A stretch of 64,000 nucleotides of DNA from Felis catus (Eukaryota), in NCBI RefSeq assembly GCF_018350175.1, contig NC_058368.1:43278001-43342000 (forward strand). Reading direction: 5' to 3'. Shown in pieces: positions 12,731-25,584 of this stretch. Both the position numbers and the translations under genes were made by a program. How positions within the stretch are numbered: the first letter of the stretch is position 1; each line of letters begins with the position of its first letter. The notes below the pieces were generated by a model. It was not told where the DNA came from. It saw only the letters and a list, made by a program, of their open reading frames with translations, and did not search any database.

Positions 12731-12784
12731 AAATTCAGGGTTTGATGGAATCAAGTAGCTTTGTTTTTATTTAATTAAGTATAG
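12731..12784 (-). pseudogene. Exon remnant (A)ILN*IKTKLLDSIKP*I (54 nt, phase 1 to 1)
   Basis: ttttgtaatag acceptor, gtaagg donor, frame-preserving length. Confidence 0.45.
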
Positions 12785-13137
12785 CTATTACAAAAGCATT
12801 TTACATAAAAACCAAAAAGGGAATTATGGTACTTTGATATATCATACTGATTTTAACCATAAAATTAATTATTTGTGATGCTAACTTTCTTAACAGATAA
12901 ATTTGGTAAGTCTCCATTTACTTGTGGGTTCTTGAAATAGGGTAAATTGATATATTACTCATTGTTCTCTATGTAATCACAGAAACTGCAATCAAATGTG
13001 GCATTCTTAAATCCAATTGTCAAGGCTTATCCATGAGTAGGCCTTATGAAGAGTCAGAGTAGGCAGCTGAATATGTCATATGATTTGAAAGAACTGGGAA
13101 ATTATTTTTACTTAAAATAAAATATCTTCCTCATTAC

Positions 13138-13327
13138 CTTTCTCTGTGCATGAAATTTCAGCCTTAGAAGTCTCTTGGGGTTTTAACTTTAGTTTTCACT
13201 TAATACTTAGAAGTGTGACTCCTCTTTTACAAATGCTCTTTGAGAGCTCATATGGAGATTCAGGGAAGACATCCCCCCTTCCACCCACCTCTTTAAAGAA
13301 CTGCTTTCCTATTTCAGGGAAGTTTTC
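13138..13327 (-). pseudogene. Exon remnant ENFPEIGKQFFKEVGGRGDVFPESPYELSKSICKRGVTLLSIK*KLKLKPQETSKAEISCTEK (190 nt, phase 0 to 1)
   Basis: ttttcatgacag acceptor, AAG|gtaatg donor, one TGA in 63 codons. Confidence 0.7.
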
Positions 13328-13622
13328 CTGTCATGAAAATCAGATATAATTTATAAAGAAGGGAAGAAGGCCGCACTTGTAGCTGGCCAGATCAGTTAAA
13401 TCATACTTGGGAGATAAATGGTAAATCAGTCACTTTGCACTCATATGCCCTCATAGGGTGTTAGTTGACTGAAATTAGAGGCCAGGAAAAGACTGTGAGT
13501 AGGAGGATCACTCACACAATAAAATCTTATAATATATTTAAGAGAATATTCAGTTTACCCCTTCATCATACTAAAGAACTGAAGATCAAAAAGATTGTAT
13601 TTGCTTAGAGAAACACAGATAC

Positions 13623-13699
13623 CTCTAGATGAGAAATACACCCACATTTCCTGACAACAATCTCCTTTTCTTCTGCATACAATTGTTTCACATCCAAAT
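13623..13699 (-). pseudogene. Exon remnant (D)LDVKQLYAEEKEIVVRKCGCISHLE (77 nt, phase 1 to 0); acceptor decayed to GG
   Basis: Long polypyrimidine tract ending ttgg; GAG|gtatct donor; phases match both neighbours. Confidence 0.65.
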
Positions 13700-14583
13700 C
13701 CAAAAAAGAAAAAAAAAAACATAGTAGGGGTTTAATTATTCTTTTCTGTGTGTGTGTGTGTGTGTGTGTTCTTATTTTGTTGTTGTGTTTAAAAGAACTC
13801 ATTTTGAATGGATTACCCACCAGAATGAAGTTTCTTATCTCATTACTTAAAACACTGTTTGTCTTACTGCTCAATTTTGAGTAAAAAAAATATAAAATAT
13901 TCAATTCCTAATTTTTCCCATATCCCTTTTCTCTTTTATTTTATGTTTAGCAATTAATACTCTTTAACACAGCATATGCTTTCTTTATGTATTATATTTA
14001 TTGTCTATTTCCTGCACCCTTCCAGAATTAAGTTTTATGAGGGCACAGATTTTTTTCCAATTTTATTCATTGTTATGTTTCCGGTGCCTCCAACAGCTTG
14101 GCACAGATTCAGTATTCAATAATATTTTTTGAATGAGCAAATGGATGATATTTGAGACAAGAGAAGCAAAATCTTTATTAAACCAAAATACTTCCAGTAG
14201 CACTCCTACCACTAATACATGTTTTTAATATCAGATAGAATAAATATACAGGGAAAATGCATATGTTCTAAATGGGCAGTGACACACAAATCAAGAAAAC
14301 CCCATAGAATGTAGTAATATTATAGAATAGCAAATCTCGTCTTTTAGTGGACTGATACTTTATAGTTCAGATGTCCTTCTTAAGTGAGTGCTATTTTACA
14401 GCTTCTAAAGTTACATTGCAAGTGAGTGTAAGGTTTATAGGATTTATTTCTCCATTTCCTCTTACTTTTCAAAATTTTCTAATACATAAAAGATATATAA
14501 AGATATTTACTTCAGTCAGTGTTCATGAGCATTCAATGCTCTTCCATTTATATGTAGTACTTAGATGCTCTTTAATTAGCTAC

Positions 14584-14796
14584 CTTGGGCAATAAGGTCT
14601 GGTTAAGAATGTTAGAAAATATATAGGATGCAGACAGCAATTAAAGGTACATATGGTATTAAACTTTCTGGTGAAAGGTGAAAATTGCTTGATATTATTT
14701 CAGTTTTAATAGTACATATTATTTAACCATAAGATGAAAATATGTCAGTAACTTGGTTGTGAGCCATAGTTAAAAACCTTTGTTCTCCAGAGCGCT
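14584..14796 (-). pseudogene. Exon remnant (E)RSGEQRFLTMAHNQVTDIFSSYG*IICTIKTEIISSNFHLSPESLIPYVPLIAVCILYIF*HS*PDLIAQ (213 nt, phase 1 to 1)
   Basis: ctcattttttag acceptor, AAG|gtagct donor; three TAA stops in one continuous frame. Confidence 0.65.
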
Positions 14797-17040
14797 CTAA
14801 AAAATGAGAATATTAAATAATTTGTTAATTGTTTGATCACCGAGTATGTGATCACCAAGATCACAATCAATATTTTTAACCTATTTCTACTGAAAACATT
14901 CACTTTATTTTGGGGTGTATAAGTATGGCATTCCTTCCTAAACTTACCAGAGAGAGAAAGTGCTCTCTGAGCAAAACTGCACATCAGTGTCTGTTTTGAT
15001 TTTGGTTAACTGCTTAACATCTTAGCTTGTCTTCAGTCAACAAAAAGCTTGTCTAATTCATTGACTCTATATGTGATTTTGAACTTTCATGGTATATGAA
15101 GAATGTGTTTTAAAATGTAATTTTACTGAACATGTGTTAACAGTCTTGTAAGTTAAAAAAGAAAAGTTGTGGCAGTTCAAACTAAGAGATAAATTAGCCT
15201 GACATTTAAGACTAAATCACAGTTTAGTTTATGAGCTAGACATTTAAGACTAAAATCATAGTTACAAGAAGGTCCAACACCCACAATCTGATGGTGCATA
15301 ATTATGATAGCATGACACAATTTTTTTTAATATCCTGATTATGAGAGAAGCAGATATAGGCAGACTCTCACCTAGACAAGTCTATATAACAACAAGAATA
15401 AACTTCAAAAAGTAGTTGCAACAGACATAAAAAAAATGTAAGATCATTATCTAGAAGCTTGAGGCCATTTATTGTAGAAGTAAATAACTTCTCTAAAAAA
15501 GCCTGTTACTATACCATTAATTTTATAGTAAGAATTTCTTTTTTTTCAAAACTATGTTCATATTTTTCCTTTGGGTTAGCATGGAAGTTTATAATTTAGA
15601 GAGTTTTCTATTGGGAAATTCAGAAGAGAAATCAAAGTATTTTGACTTTACTTAATAAATGATGATGATTAAAATGAGTTACATAATGAAAAATTATTTT
15701 CCTTTCTCCTTCCTCTCTTTTTGCCTCTCTCTTTCCCCCCCATTTTTTCCCTTCAAACATCCAAATAATATTTATTGCACAGAATTTTGTATGCTAAAAT
15801 TCTCCTTAGTAATAATGCTATAAATACAAATGAGACAAAATATCTGACCTCAAAAAGTTTACAGTGGAGAATATGAAAATTTGCAAATAAAAAGACGTCA
15901 CTCCTCCTTGCTTACATCAAATAGACATTTACGACATTCTTGCTCTAAAGAAGTTGCAGACAGAAACGTCCTTATTCTTTTTTCTGTACTACATTTATTA
16001 TAATATTTGGTATGTTAACATTGCTCAAAATAATTTTACTAAATTATTATATGTAATTTTATGTAAAGTTTCTGGGTGGGACTCTTTCATGCCAATAGTC
16101 CCTTTTTCATATTAATGTGGTAAGGAATTTTTCTGTAAGTCTGTTGATGATTGGAAGAAAATATATAAATAGTGTTTAATGATATTTAAAAAAATATATA
16201 TGATTAGTACATTATAGAGAAACCAAACATCATTTCTCTCTTTATACGTCTATGTATCTCTCCCTTGACAATACCTATATTCAATAGGGGCACAATCACA
16301 ATTCATAGACAAATAGAGGACAGATGAAGAAATGTCTTCAATACATTTATTTTACATCAGAGTATCATTAATGGGTGATATTCTATCATTTATAGGTGAC
16401 AAAAAGGCAATTTATTGTACGAGTCTTTAAAAATGTGCTTTTTAGCCAGAAAGAATGGTTTCTAAACCCAGCACAAACTTCCTGATTGACAGTGGGATGC
16501 TCTTTACTCTTCTTCACTAGACTGTAGTCTCCATGAAGGGAAGGACTGGTCCATCAAGTTCACTAATGTATTTCTAGCACATAGCATGATGCCTAGTACA
16601 TAGCAGCTACTCAATAAATATGTCTCTTACAAATGACTAGTGTCCAAAGTTTTAAAGTCCCTTTAAGACTTTATGAAAAAGCAAATACTATCCCATCCTA
16701 AGCTAGTTTTAGATCTTGCCTCAAGGAGCTTTCCTACTTAACCCCAAAGTAGATTAGGGCCCTTGGTAAATGCTCCAGTAACACCTCATAATTGTCTTAT
16801 AAGGATGGTACTTACCACATTATAACATTTGATAGTTATTTCATTGTGTATTCTCTAGACTGTAAGGTCCCTAGGTACAGAACACATCTACTTAGTTCAT
16901 TACTTTGTCCCTGTTAAGTAAAATATTCCCAGAAACAATATTAACAACCCCAAAAATATTAATAAAGTTATTTAAGGAAATACTGTGCTTCAGCTTACCA
17001 TAAACTAACAAAAATGCTAATCAATTTTATCATGGTTTTT

Positions 17041-17260
17041 TTTTTTAATTTTTTTTTCAACGTTTATTTATTTTTGGGACAGAGAGAGACAGAGCATGAA
17101 CGGGCGAGGGGCAGAGAGAGAGGGAGACACAGAAATGGAAACAGGCTCCAGGCTCTGAGCCATCAGCCCAGAGCCTGACGCGGGGCTCGACCTCACGGAC
17201 CGCGAGATCGTCACCTGGCTGAAGTCGGACGCTTAACCGACTGCGCCACCCAGGCGCCCC
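17041..17260 (-). mobile_element. Young feline Can-SINE
   Basis: CpG-rich, near consensus; TSD atcatggttttt. Confidence 0.97.
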
Positions 17261-18101
17261 ATCATGGTTTTTATAATATAGCTACACCATGTTAGAAGAC
17301 AAAATTATACGTTTTATATGTTTCCCTTCTTCCGAAAATCTAAAATTTAAAAAGGTGATCAATCTGCAATTATGTTAGCACAACTAAATTTTAATTTTGC
17401 AACTATTAGATTATCAGCCCTTTAAATATTTCATTAAATTCATATTTTAAAAAGTTACTAATTATTTGTTGCTAAAATAGAATGCACAGATTTTACTTCA
17501 TTTAGGCAAGAATTATATAAAAAAATAACTCTTAATTAGTTTTCAGTAAGGCTTTAAACTTATCATCCTTTTCAACTAGAGTTATATTGCCTTTCAACAG
17601 CTAAAAATATGAAGAGCAAGGTAACCTTTGAGAAAAGAAAAGAGAAATGTCATCTTTATTGCCAATAGGGCACAAAAACATGACAGATTTTTTATTGGGA
17701 ATATTCAGGAAACTGATGACAAAGGTGTCTTGTCAGTGAATGATAATTGTTGAATTTCTATGAGCGTGTTGGAATTTCACTGTTCTATGCAAAGCTGTGA
17801 GATGAGAGAAGTTTTCCTTTTAGATCCTCATTCGAATTCTTCTTTTTTAACACATCCCTTCACATGCCCAGTGCACTCATGGTTCCCCTTCATTTTACAT
17901 AACTCCTCACTTCAGCACTCTGACCTATTGTTGTTTCCCCTGAATTATAATACAGGTTATTTATTTCAAGTCTCACATACAATGCTCCATACTCTAGTTT
18001 ATTTTATCAGCTATTGTCACTAAACAAAGTAATCTGATAAAATAAGTCACACAAAACTGATAGTATATTTTATTACCCTTTGCATTTGTATATTATTTTA
18101 T

Positions 18102-18325
18102 TTTTTTAAATTTTTTTTCAACGTTTTTATTTATTTTTTTTGGGGGGGACAGAGAGAGAGCATGAACGGGGGAGGGGCAGAGAGAGAGGGAGACACAGAA
18201 TCGGAAACAGGCTCCAGGCTCTGAGCCATCAGCCCAGAGCCTGACGCGGGCTCGAACTCACGGACCGCGAGATCGTGACCTGGCTGAAGTCTGACGCTTA
18301 ACCGACTGCGCCACCCAGGCGCCCC
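18102..18325 (-). mobile_element. Young feline Can-SINE
   Basis: CpG-rich; TSD tgtatattatttta. Confidence 0.97.
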
Positions 18326-18594
18326 ATGTATATTATTTTAAAAGTAGATGTGTGAAAGTGACACTATCTTAAATTAGTGTAGCAATAATCAGGACAAATA
18401 GGGACTTTTTGTAGGTAGATTCAAGGCATATTAGGCAGAACAGAATTCTCATTGACTCAAAATTCTGGATCCTAGTTGCCTATACTAGTTTGTTCTTTCT
18501 TTGATTTGTTGTAAAAGTATCATTCAGTAGTAATAATCCCACTTACTAATCCTTTCGATAAAATAATATAAACTTTAATTTTTAAAAAAGTAAC

Positions 18595-18847
18595 CTTCTG
18601 CAACAGACTTAGGAGTAAAAAAGGATTGATGCTTGTATTTAAGATGATTAACTGAAGGCACATTAGGTTTATCATTGATAATCGTAACGATAATGCCAAG
18701 CTTGTCAGAATACTGCTATGATGACATGAAGCTGACATTGTGCTCCATGTAAAGCATTTTAGAGGGTATCTAGTATTACTTCTTAGTACATATGAACCAT
18801 CACTGCCATTACCACTGGAACACAGTTTAACCCTCTTGGCAAAGGAG
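18595..18847 (-). pseudogene. Exon remnant (A)PLPRGLNCVPVVMAVMVHMY*EVILDTL*NALHGAQCQLHVIIAVF*QAWHY/VTIINDKPNVPSVNHLKYKHQSFFTPKSVAE (253 nt, one +1 frameshift near 18689)
   Basis: ctatatag acceptor, GAAG|gttact donor; removing 1 nt restores phase 1 to 1 and gives WHYVTIIND, like GREB1 WPFIVISDD. Confidence 0.6.
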
Positions 18848-18882
18848 CTATATAGTGTCAATATTTGAAAGAAAACTACAAA

Positions 18883-18898
18883 ACTCCCCCTGCTGGCA
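18883..18898 (-). promoter_or_regulatory. CTCF core motif
   Basis: TGCCAGCAGGGGGAGT on the minus strand. Confidence 0.5.
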
Positions 18899-18949
18899 GA
18901 AAGTACTAGTAAACAAGTCTTTTTTGCAGGCAACTGGGGGAGGGGGTGG

Positions 18950-19680
18950 TGGAATGATAAGAATCAATCAGCTGCCCAAGGAAATATAATAATCAGAAAC
19001 CAATCAGCAAGTTAACTGCTCTGGGGCGATGAGTGGCTTTCTAATGGCTGATAGGTAATGATACATAGTCAGAAAAACAGGCTTATAGGTAAGTAACCTT
19101 CATTTTTCCAAAGGCAATGCACACCATTTATTATACTGTCATGGTTCCATAGCTGGAGGCTTAGAGAGCTCTTAACTTGTAAATAGATTTTGGATAATGG
19201 TTAACTCCAAATGACTTCATTCTTGAGGCAGATTATGGGTAGCAATTTTTTAGGGAGATCTGATGTCAAGACTAGCTAGTTGCCTTGTAATTTTCCACTG
19301 TTGTAACATTTTGGCCCTTAGAAAAATGTTGAAGTAGTGCTATTTGACCCTTTTTGTTGTTATTGCTAACAGATTTCAGTTATTGTTAGAGTAGCAGCAT
19401 CTTCTCAAATGTCTAAGGTTTCCATGATCCATCTAAATGATTTTCAACATTACTTTCAGAGACAGTTTTAGCACAGACTATACATAACTAGTAAGACATA
19501 AACTGGAGTTTCTCTTAGGGTGGCAATATTTTAAAAGAAACTAAAATCTTAATACAAAGACACTCTAACTAGAATGTTAGACACTGGCACATATTTAAAT
19601 ATATGGGACTACTTAGGACTATATTTCTCAAGGCAGAATTATTTTTGCCCCTTTTTCCTATAAAGGTAAATTGAAATGTT
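18950..19680 (-). mobile_element. Ancient DIRS-type retrotransposon relic (tyrosine recombinase C-terminus plus 3' terminal region)
   Basis: Minus-strand remnants PK/VV, RWIMETL (19434-19414), KATS*S, SASRMKSFG (19232-19206), then gaaaaatgaaggttacttacctataa (~19108-19083). Confidence 0.6.
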
Positions 19681-20214
19681 TTCAACAGTATTTCCACAAG
19701 ATAGTATTTTTGCATACAGGGTCCTGTGTTCCAAAATGTTTATGTGACTCAGTACATTGAATTATTTGGAATTTTAAAAATATATTTTCTGTTTGACACA
19801 GCTTTCCCAAGCATATATGACCATGGAATTTTTTAAATGTAAATTCCTATGATGTCCAGTGAAATACTACTTGAGAAATACTTATCTAGAAAAGAAGGAC
19901 ATTGACTTATCTTGGATTATAGTTAAATGATTTTTCCAAGGAACAAAGTAAGATAATACCAAGATTTTTAAAAAGCTATCTATGCAGTTAGTAAACAATA
20001 GATGTAAAATTATGTCATGTTGCCATACGTGAAATTATGTTAGGTTTTCACAATGGTTACCGCTCCCAATATTTTGCAGTACATACAGCTCATGGAAAGC
20101 AATATGCAATGATCATAAGACAATCTTTTGTCACCTGAAATATTATAGAGATTTGAGTCACAGGAGAGCAGAAAGGGCATTATAGATTAATGGTGCAAAC
20201 GCAGTCTCCCTCAC

Positions 20215-20397
20215 CTGCTGGTATAATGTTTAGTATAAAAGAGAGATGAAGGTGCAAAGAACAGTGGTCAGAACAAGAAATGCTTTGCATGCAAAGCCAA
20301 AGCCTTAGAGCATGGCCTATAATCTGTGGAGAGGAGGATTTCATGTAGGGGGGATAACTGAGGAAAAATAAAAATGTTCATGGCCTGCATCTTTTTC
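20215..20397 (-). pseudogene. Exon remnant (R)KRCRP*TFLFFLSYPPYMKSSSPQIIGHALRLWLCMQSISCSDHCSLHLHLSFILNIIPA (183 nt, phase 1 to 1)
   Basis: Strong sites ttttaatttgcag and CAG|gtgagg; one TGA. Confidence 0.7.
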
Positions 20398-21249
20398 CTG
20401 CAAATTAAAAGAGCTTTGTTGAATTCCATGAATAATATATATTCTTATAACTTGTATAATCTATTTTATGGAATAGAAAAATGTTACTGTGAAATTGGTA
20501 CTGCTCTTTAATAATGAAAGTTAATATTTAGATCTAGAAATATTTTAGAATGAATATCACATCACAAAAACAGCTCTATTGTTAATCCTTCTCATTTGTG
20601 ATTTGCTTTAGAATTCATCTGACAGGTTTACCTGCATGATCTCACTGTATGCTCACTTTACAGCAAAAACAAGTTCAGAGACTTCAAGTTACTTTCTCAT
20701 TCTCACACGGTAGAAGAGCTGGAATCAAACTGATTCCTTTCAATGCAGTGTTTATTGAACACCTATTGAGTATCAGGAACTGTGTGGTGCACTGGGAACA
20801 GAGCAAAGAACAAAATAGGCCTCCCTCAGCCTTTCCAAAACCAGTCCTTTTTATTTTGTAGATATAGGTTCTCTGTCCACTTGGGCTAGCCCACCTGAAG
20901 CATCATTACCTCCTGAGATCTCCCGGAATAGTCAGAGGCTAAGGCATCCTTACTATCATTGAATTGCCCCCCAAATCCTAGATCCATGTGTCAGCAGGGA
21001 CACAACATTGCATCATTCACAGCCTGAGCATATATACAAATTCCTTTTGTGAAACCCTTCACTCTCAAGTTTGTGGTTACATACTGGTTGTACCACATTT
21101 ACTCTATCCTCCACTGCTTTTCCTTTGCAAAAAAATGAATGCTGCACTTAAAATCAGATTGCAAAGCTGAAAGGTTTATATGCTGGTGGTTGGCATGGAG
21201 TTGGTCATGCCTTTGCTGCCTGAGACAGAGCTGCAGAACAATTTGCACC

Positions 21250-22490
21250 AGGGGTGCACTGTGGCTTAGAAAGATAATTAAGGCTTATTTAGTAAAAATA
21301 AGAACTTCTACTTAGTGAAGAAAAAAATTCTTTAGGAATAAGACTAGATACCAATTGGGAGGTAAGTTGGAAGGCTGTTGCAGACAGCAAAATAAGAAAT
21401 GATAAAAGTTCAGCCAAAGTAGAGGAAATAGGGTAAGAGAGGGTTGATTTGGACAGTATTTGGAGAATAAAATCTAAAATATTTAATGACTGACTAGGTA
21501 GAAATGAAAACAGAAGAATCTAGCATAAGTTCTATATTTCTGAGTTGTACACTATAATACCTCTTTAAGGAAGAATGGAAAATGTAAACCTTCTGTTTAA
21601 AAAAGTTGAATCTATGTTCTATTCGCACATATAAAGGTTGCTATTTCCCTGCTAATTTCATTTTCTCATACTCAGATTCCTAGCAAATTCCATTATTATG
21701 TCACATATATAACAATCTCTCTATACTCTACTATATACTAGCTCTCTCTCCTAAGCTTCAGACTCTTATATCCACTTCCCTATTAGACACCTCCAACAAA
21801 ATTTTCTACTGGTAAATTAATTCGGTATGTCCTAATCTGTACTTATAGGATCTGTACCCAAAACTGTTCTCCCTGCTATACAACATGTATAAACTGTATA
21901 ATCTGGGTTGGCTCCCTTTAGTTCTATAAATTAATTTCCTTATCTATAAAAGGAATAATGCCTACACTAGATTATTTCTATAAAGATTAAATGAGACAGA
22001 AGCAATTAAAAATTGTTGATGATTTTTCATTCAATTCTTAAATGAATACTATTGAGTAATTATTTTGTGAAAGCACTGCTATAGGTACCAAAGATGGGGC
22101 AATAAACTAAATAAGGCCTCAACTTTCCTATAGCTTCATTCTAACTGGGGGATGATAAAAGCAAATGATAAACAATAAATATATGATGAGGTTAGTGGTA
22201 TAAAAGCTACAAAGATAAATAAAGCAAGTTCTGTGAACCCAGAGAAATAGGGGTGATCTTTCTGGTAAAGAAGTCACTGAAGGTCACTCTGAAGAGGTGA
22301 CATTTGAGCAAAGACATGATAAAGTGAAAAATAAATGGGATGAGGAGCTTTCAAGGCTGAGACTAAGGAACTGAAAGGTACAAGCATGCTTGGTATATTT
22401 AAGGATTAGCAAGAGGTCAGTATGGCTGTTGTTGAGTGAGCAAGAGGTGAAATCCACAGGAGGTAAGTTCAGAAAGATACTCACAGGCCA
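21250..22490. mobile_element. Cluster of L2 fragments in both orientations with a MIR (~21890-22020)
   Basis: cattcaattcttaaatgaatactattgagt..., gaggtgacatttgagcaaagac (L2); ttccttatctataaaaggaataatgcctac (MIR). Confidence 0.65.
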
Positions 22491-23173
22491 GACATTCTGT
22501 GTTTATTTATCGTATACTATGGATTGTCATGTATTTTAGGAACATCAGAGGGAGGTATAAAATGAAGCTTCTTTAAAAAAACTGTTATAAATGTAATAAA
22601 TATCAATAATAACATAACCTTGGGTAAAGAAATAATGAGAAATTATTTAAAATAAGTCAGAGTGATATTGTGATTGGACTAAATTTAAATTAAAATGACT
22701 CTGTTTTGTAGTTGTTTATATGCTATGCTAAATCAGATTTTATTTTTTGTTTCTGTATCATTTGGCCCTTCTTATACATATTGTCCTTGAATATAGTTTA
22801 CTTATCCCAACATTTTTTTTTAAATACCAAAACTATTTTTAAAAAGTGATAAAAATTATGCATTTTAACATTCTTTAAATTTTCCTTTTAAAATGCATTT
22901 GGCTCATTGTAAATATTAAAGATGCAATCATGTTCTATTTTGAATATCTTCTAGGAAATTCCATAATTATAGCATGTTTCACTAAAATGTTACATATATG
23001 CTTAAATCTGAGATTCTGCACTTCCCATCAGACATCTTTTCATAATAAAATATATACCAGCTGACTCTCAATCCTAACATATTTTCATTATTTAAATTTG
23101 TGTTTTGGGATGGTGTTAATGCCAAAATGTTAATATTTACACAAAATACTTGATATAAACATAGAAGTGACAT

Positions 23174-23368
23174 ATTTTTTAATGTTTACTTATTTTGAGA
23201 GAGAGACAGAGAATGCATGCACAAGCAGGGGAGAGGCAGAAAAGAGAGACAGAATCCCAAGCAATCTCCACACCATCAGTGCAGAGCCTGATGCTGGGTT
23301 CGAACTCATGAACTTTAAGATCATGACCTGAGCCAGACATTTAACCGACTGAGCCACCCAGGCACCCC
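23174..23368 (-). mobile_element. Can-SINE
   Basis: Reverse SINE with imperfect TSD. Confidence 0.93.
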
Positions 23369-24428
23369 ATAAGTGTCATATTTCTTTTAATTGGCTACAA
23401 CATAGCTACACCTCAAGAACTTTTAAAGTAATAGAACTCTTTTATTAAAAAAATATGTTTGTATTTCTTTGTATATAGTGTTATACATACATCCTGAAAG
23501 CTTGATTTCATTAGTATTCAAAAAACTTGTAGGGACTGATCCCATAAAAACATCTAAACACTTTACTATGGAAGGAGATATAAACACCTCAAATAATAAT
23601 TTATTTAGGGGCTGAATTTAATAATATGCTGGGCAAGGAAAAGACTTGCCTCTGAGGAGAAGTCAGTAAGTCTCTTCAACTCTGACGTAGGACAGTGCCG
23701 TACAGAACAAGGCAGAATAGAGTTGGAAAGATATTTATTGATTGCTTACAGAAGGAAACTGGAAGTCCACCTTACTTATTATTATTGCAGTGTGACACTG
23801 TTTTAGCAGGCCTAAAATGAGGCTTACTTCTTTAAAAGGTCTGAAATGTTAAGACTTGAGTTGGTTTGAAATCATGGAGGAGTCAGGCCCACACATATTC
23901 ACATGTGCAAAACTAAACAGAGATCTCCTTTATCATTATTTATAATCATTATTATTATATATTTATATTCATTTATTTATTTATAATCATGATATATAAT
24001 CATTACTTATAATCATTTAGCACCTGTACATAATAAAGGATGAAAACTTCAAGTATGTATTTTCAAGGTGTTGGTCTAGTTAACATAAATACTTTATACT
24101 TTTCTGTTTTTATTCCATGTTTTGACTACAATAAATTGGTTGCAATTACTCCATCCCTGGTATGCTGTTGACACCTAAATACCTTTGCATACACAGTTTC
24201 CTTTGCCTTTTATTTATTAACAGTGTTAATAAATATCTATTAAAATGTGTATTTGATAGTAATTACACATTAATTATATGCTAAGAAATGGGATATATAA
24301 TGGTAAAAAATAATCACAAGATTTATTCATTCAGTGAGAATTTCTTTTTAATTTCTACTTTGTGCTAGACATTGTTCTAGGAAGTAAAGATACCATAGTG
24401 AGCCAAACATAAATTACCACCATCAGAG

Positions 24429-24947
24429 TGTTGAAGAAAACCAGAATATGTCACTCCTACATATGTCTCTGACAAAAAAATATTTTGAGCTAAAGGCAAT
24501 TAAGAAGCAGCAAATTCAGAGAGCTTTCTCTGCCATCCCAATATCCTTTTCTGCTTCAACCCAGAAAAAAATACTTCTTTTGCTAGAGACAGATTTGTAT
24601 CAACCAAAAGATGATACCAGAGGAATGTGCAAAAACAAACAAACAAACAAAAAACTTACTCCATTAGTTTCCTCCCACCTATTTTCCTTACACACTTTGC
24701 CACCCTTGGAAACCTAAAACTGTTTTCCTTTGTTTCGTCTTTTCTCTACAAAGTTATTGTTCTTTGTTGAAAATGCTATGTAAACCAGAGTTCAAAGCCA
24801 CCACTTTGGGTTCCTTTTCACTGAGGTGTCTCCCATATGATGTGTGATCCATGTTAATAAACTATTTGTTTTTCTCTTGTTATTCTGTCTAAAAAGTTCT
24901 AGCTGAAAACCTACGATGGTTTAGAAGTAAAATTTTGTCTCACTTAT
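24429..24947 (+). mobile_element. ERV1 LTR, MER34-like
   Basis: cagaatatgtcactcc...tattttgagctaaaggcaattaagaag start, AATAAA near 24856. Confidence 0.75.
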
Positions 24948-25003
24948 AATATTTACATTCAAGTGGAAGGTTCAGAAAGTGAACAAGTAAATTATATAAG
25001 TCT

Positions 25004-25584
25004 TGTTAAGAGTATGCAAAAATTGCACTGGACCAAGTTAAACAGGCAAGGAAGATTTTTTTCAAGGCTACTACAATAGAGGAAGGAGGCCAAAGTAATG
25101 TGAACTCAATTTTACTGAAACAAAGGTTGAGATAATTTTTAAGAGTTGGGATGAACTAGTGGAAAAGTATGGAAGATATTTGAGAGGAGGCTGATCAGAG
25201 GGATGTGTGGAATACACTGAGTTATTAACTGAGTTTGAAGGTTTTTTTATCTGTGATTAGACCATTTGTGTTTGCTAATTGGCTGCCATGGAAATTAGGC
25301 TCCTGTCTACCTCACAGAGATGAGAGGTAGGAGCACTTCTTTCTTGATGATTACATTTCAAAGGGATGTCTCCTATGTCTGTGAGAAAGACATTCCTAGG
25401 TTGTTAACTGGAAGAGGCTTTTTTAAAAAGACTAACAAATATCTCAAAGGGGCATAGAGAGAATTCACAATTATGTTTTCTAAAGAAAATACGTTAGGAA
25501 AAGAGACGCCAGGGGCCTAAAATGAGAAAGAAACCTGTCTAACATTCAGTCAAGCTGAGGTTCACGTGAAGGCTATCTTGGACA
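25004..25584 (-). mobile_element. ERV1 LTR, MER67-like
   Basis: Reverse start tgtccaagatagc...ttagacaggtttctttct...aggcccctg...gcccctttgagat. Confidence 0.75.

Noticed and set aside
18520..18933. 137-aa minus ORF as an intact gene
   Set aside because: Non-ATG start and it runs through both splice sites; the frames that fit neighbouring exons and GREB1-like motifs are the other two
19083..19100. Perfect donor AG|gtaagt on the plus strand
   Set aside because: Better explained as part of the DIRS terminal sequence; no matching upstream acceptor or exon identified
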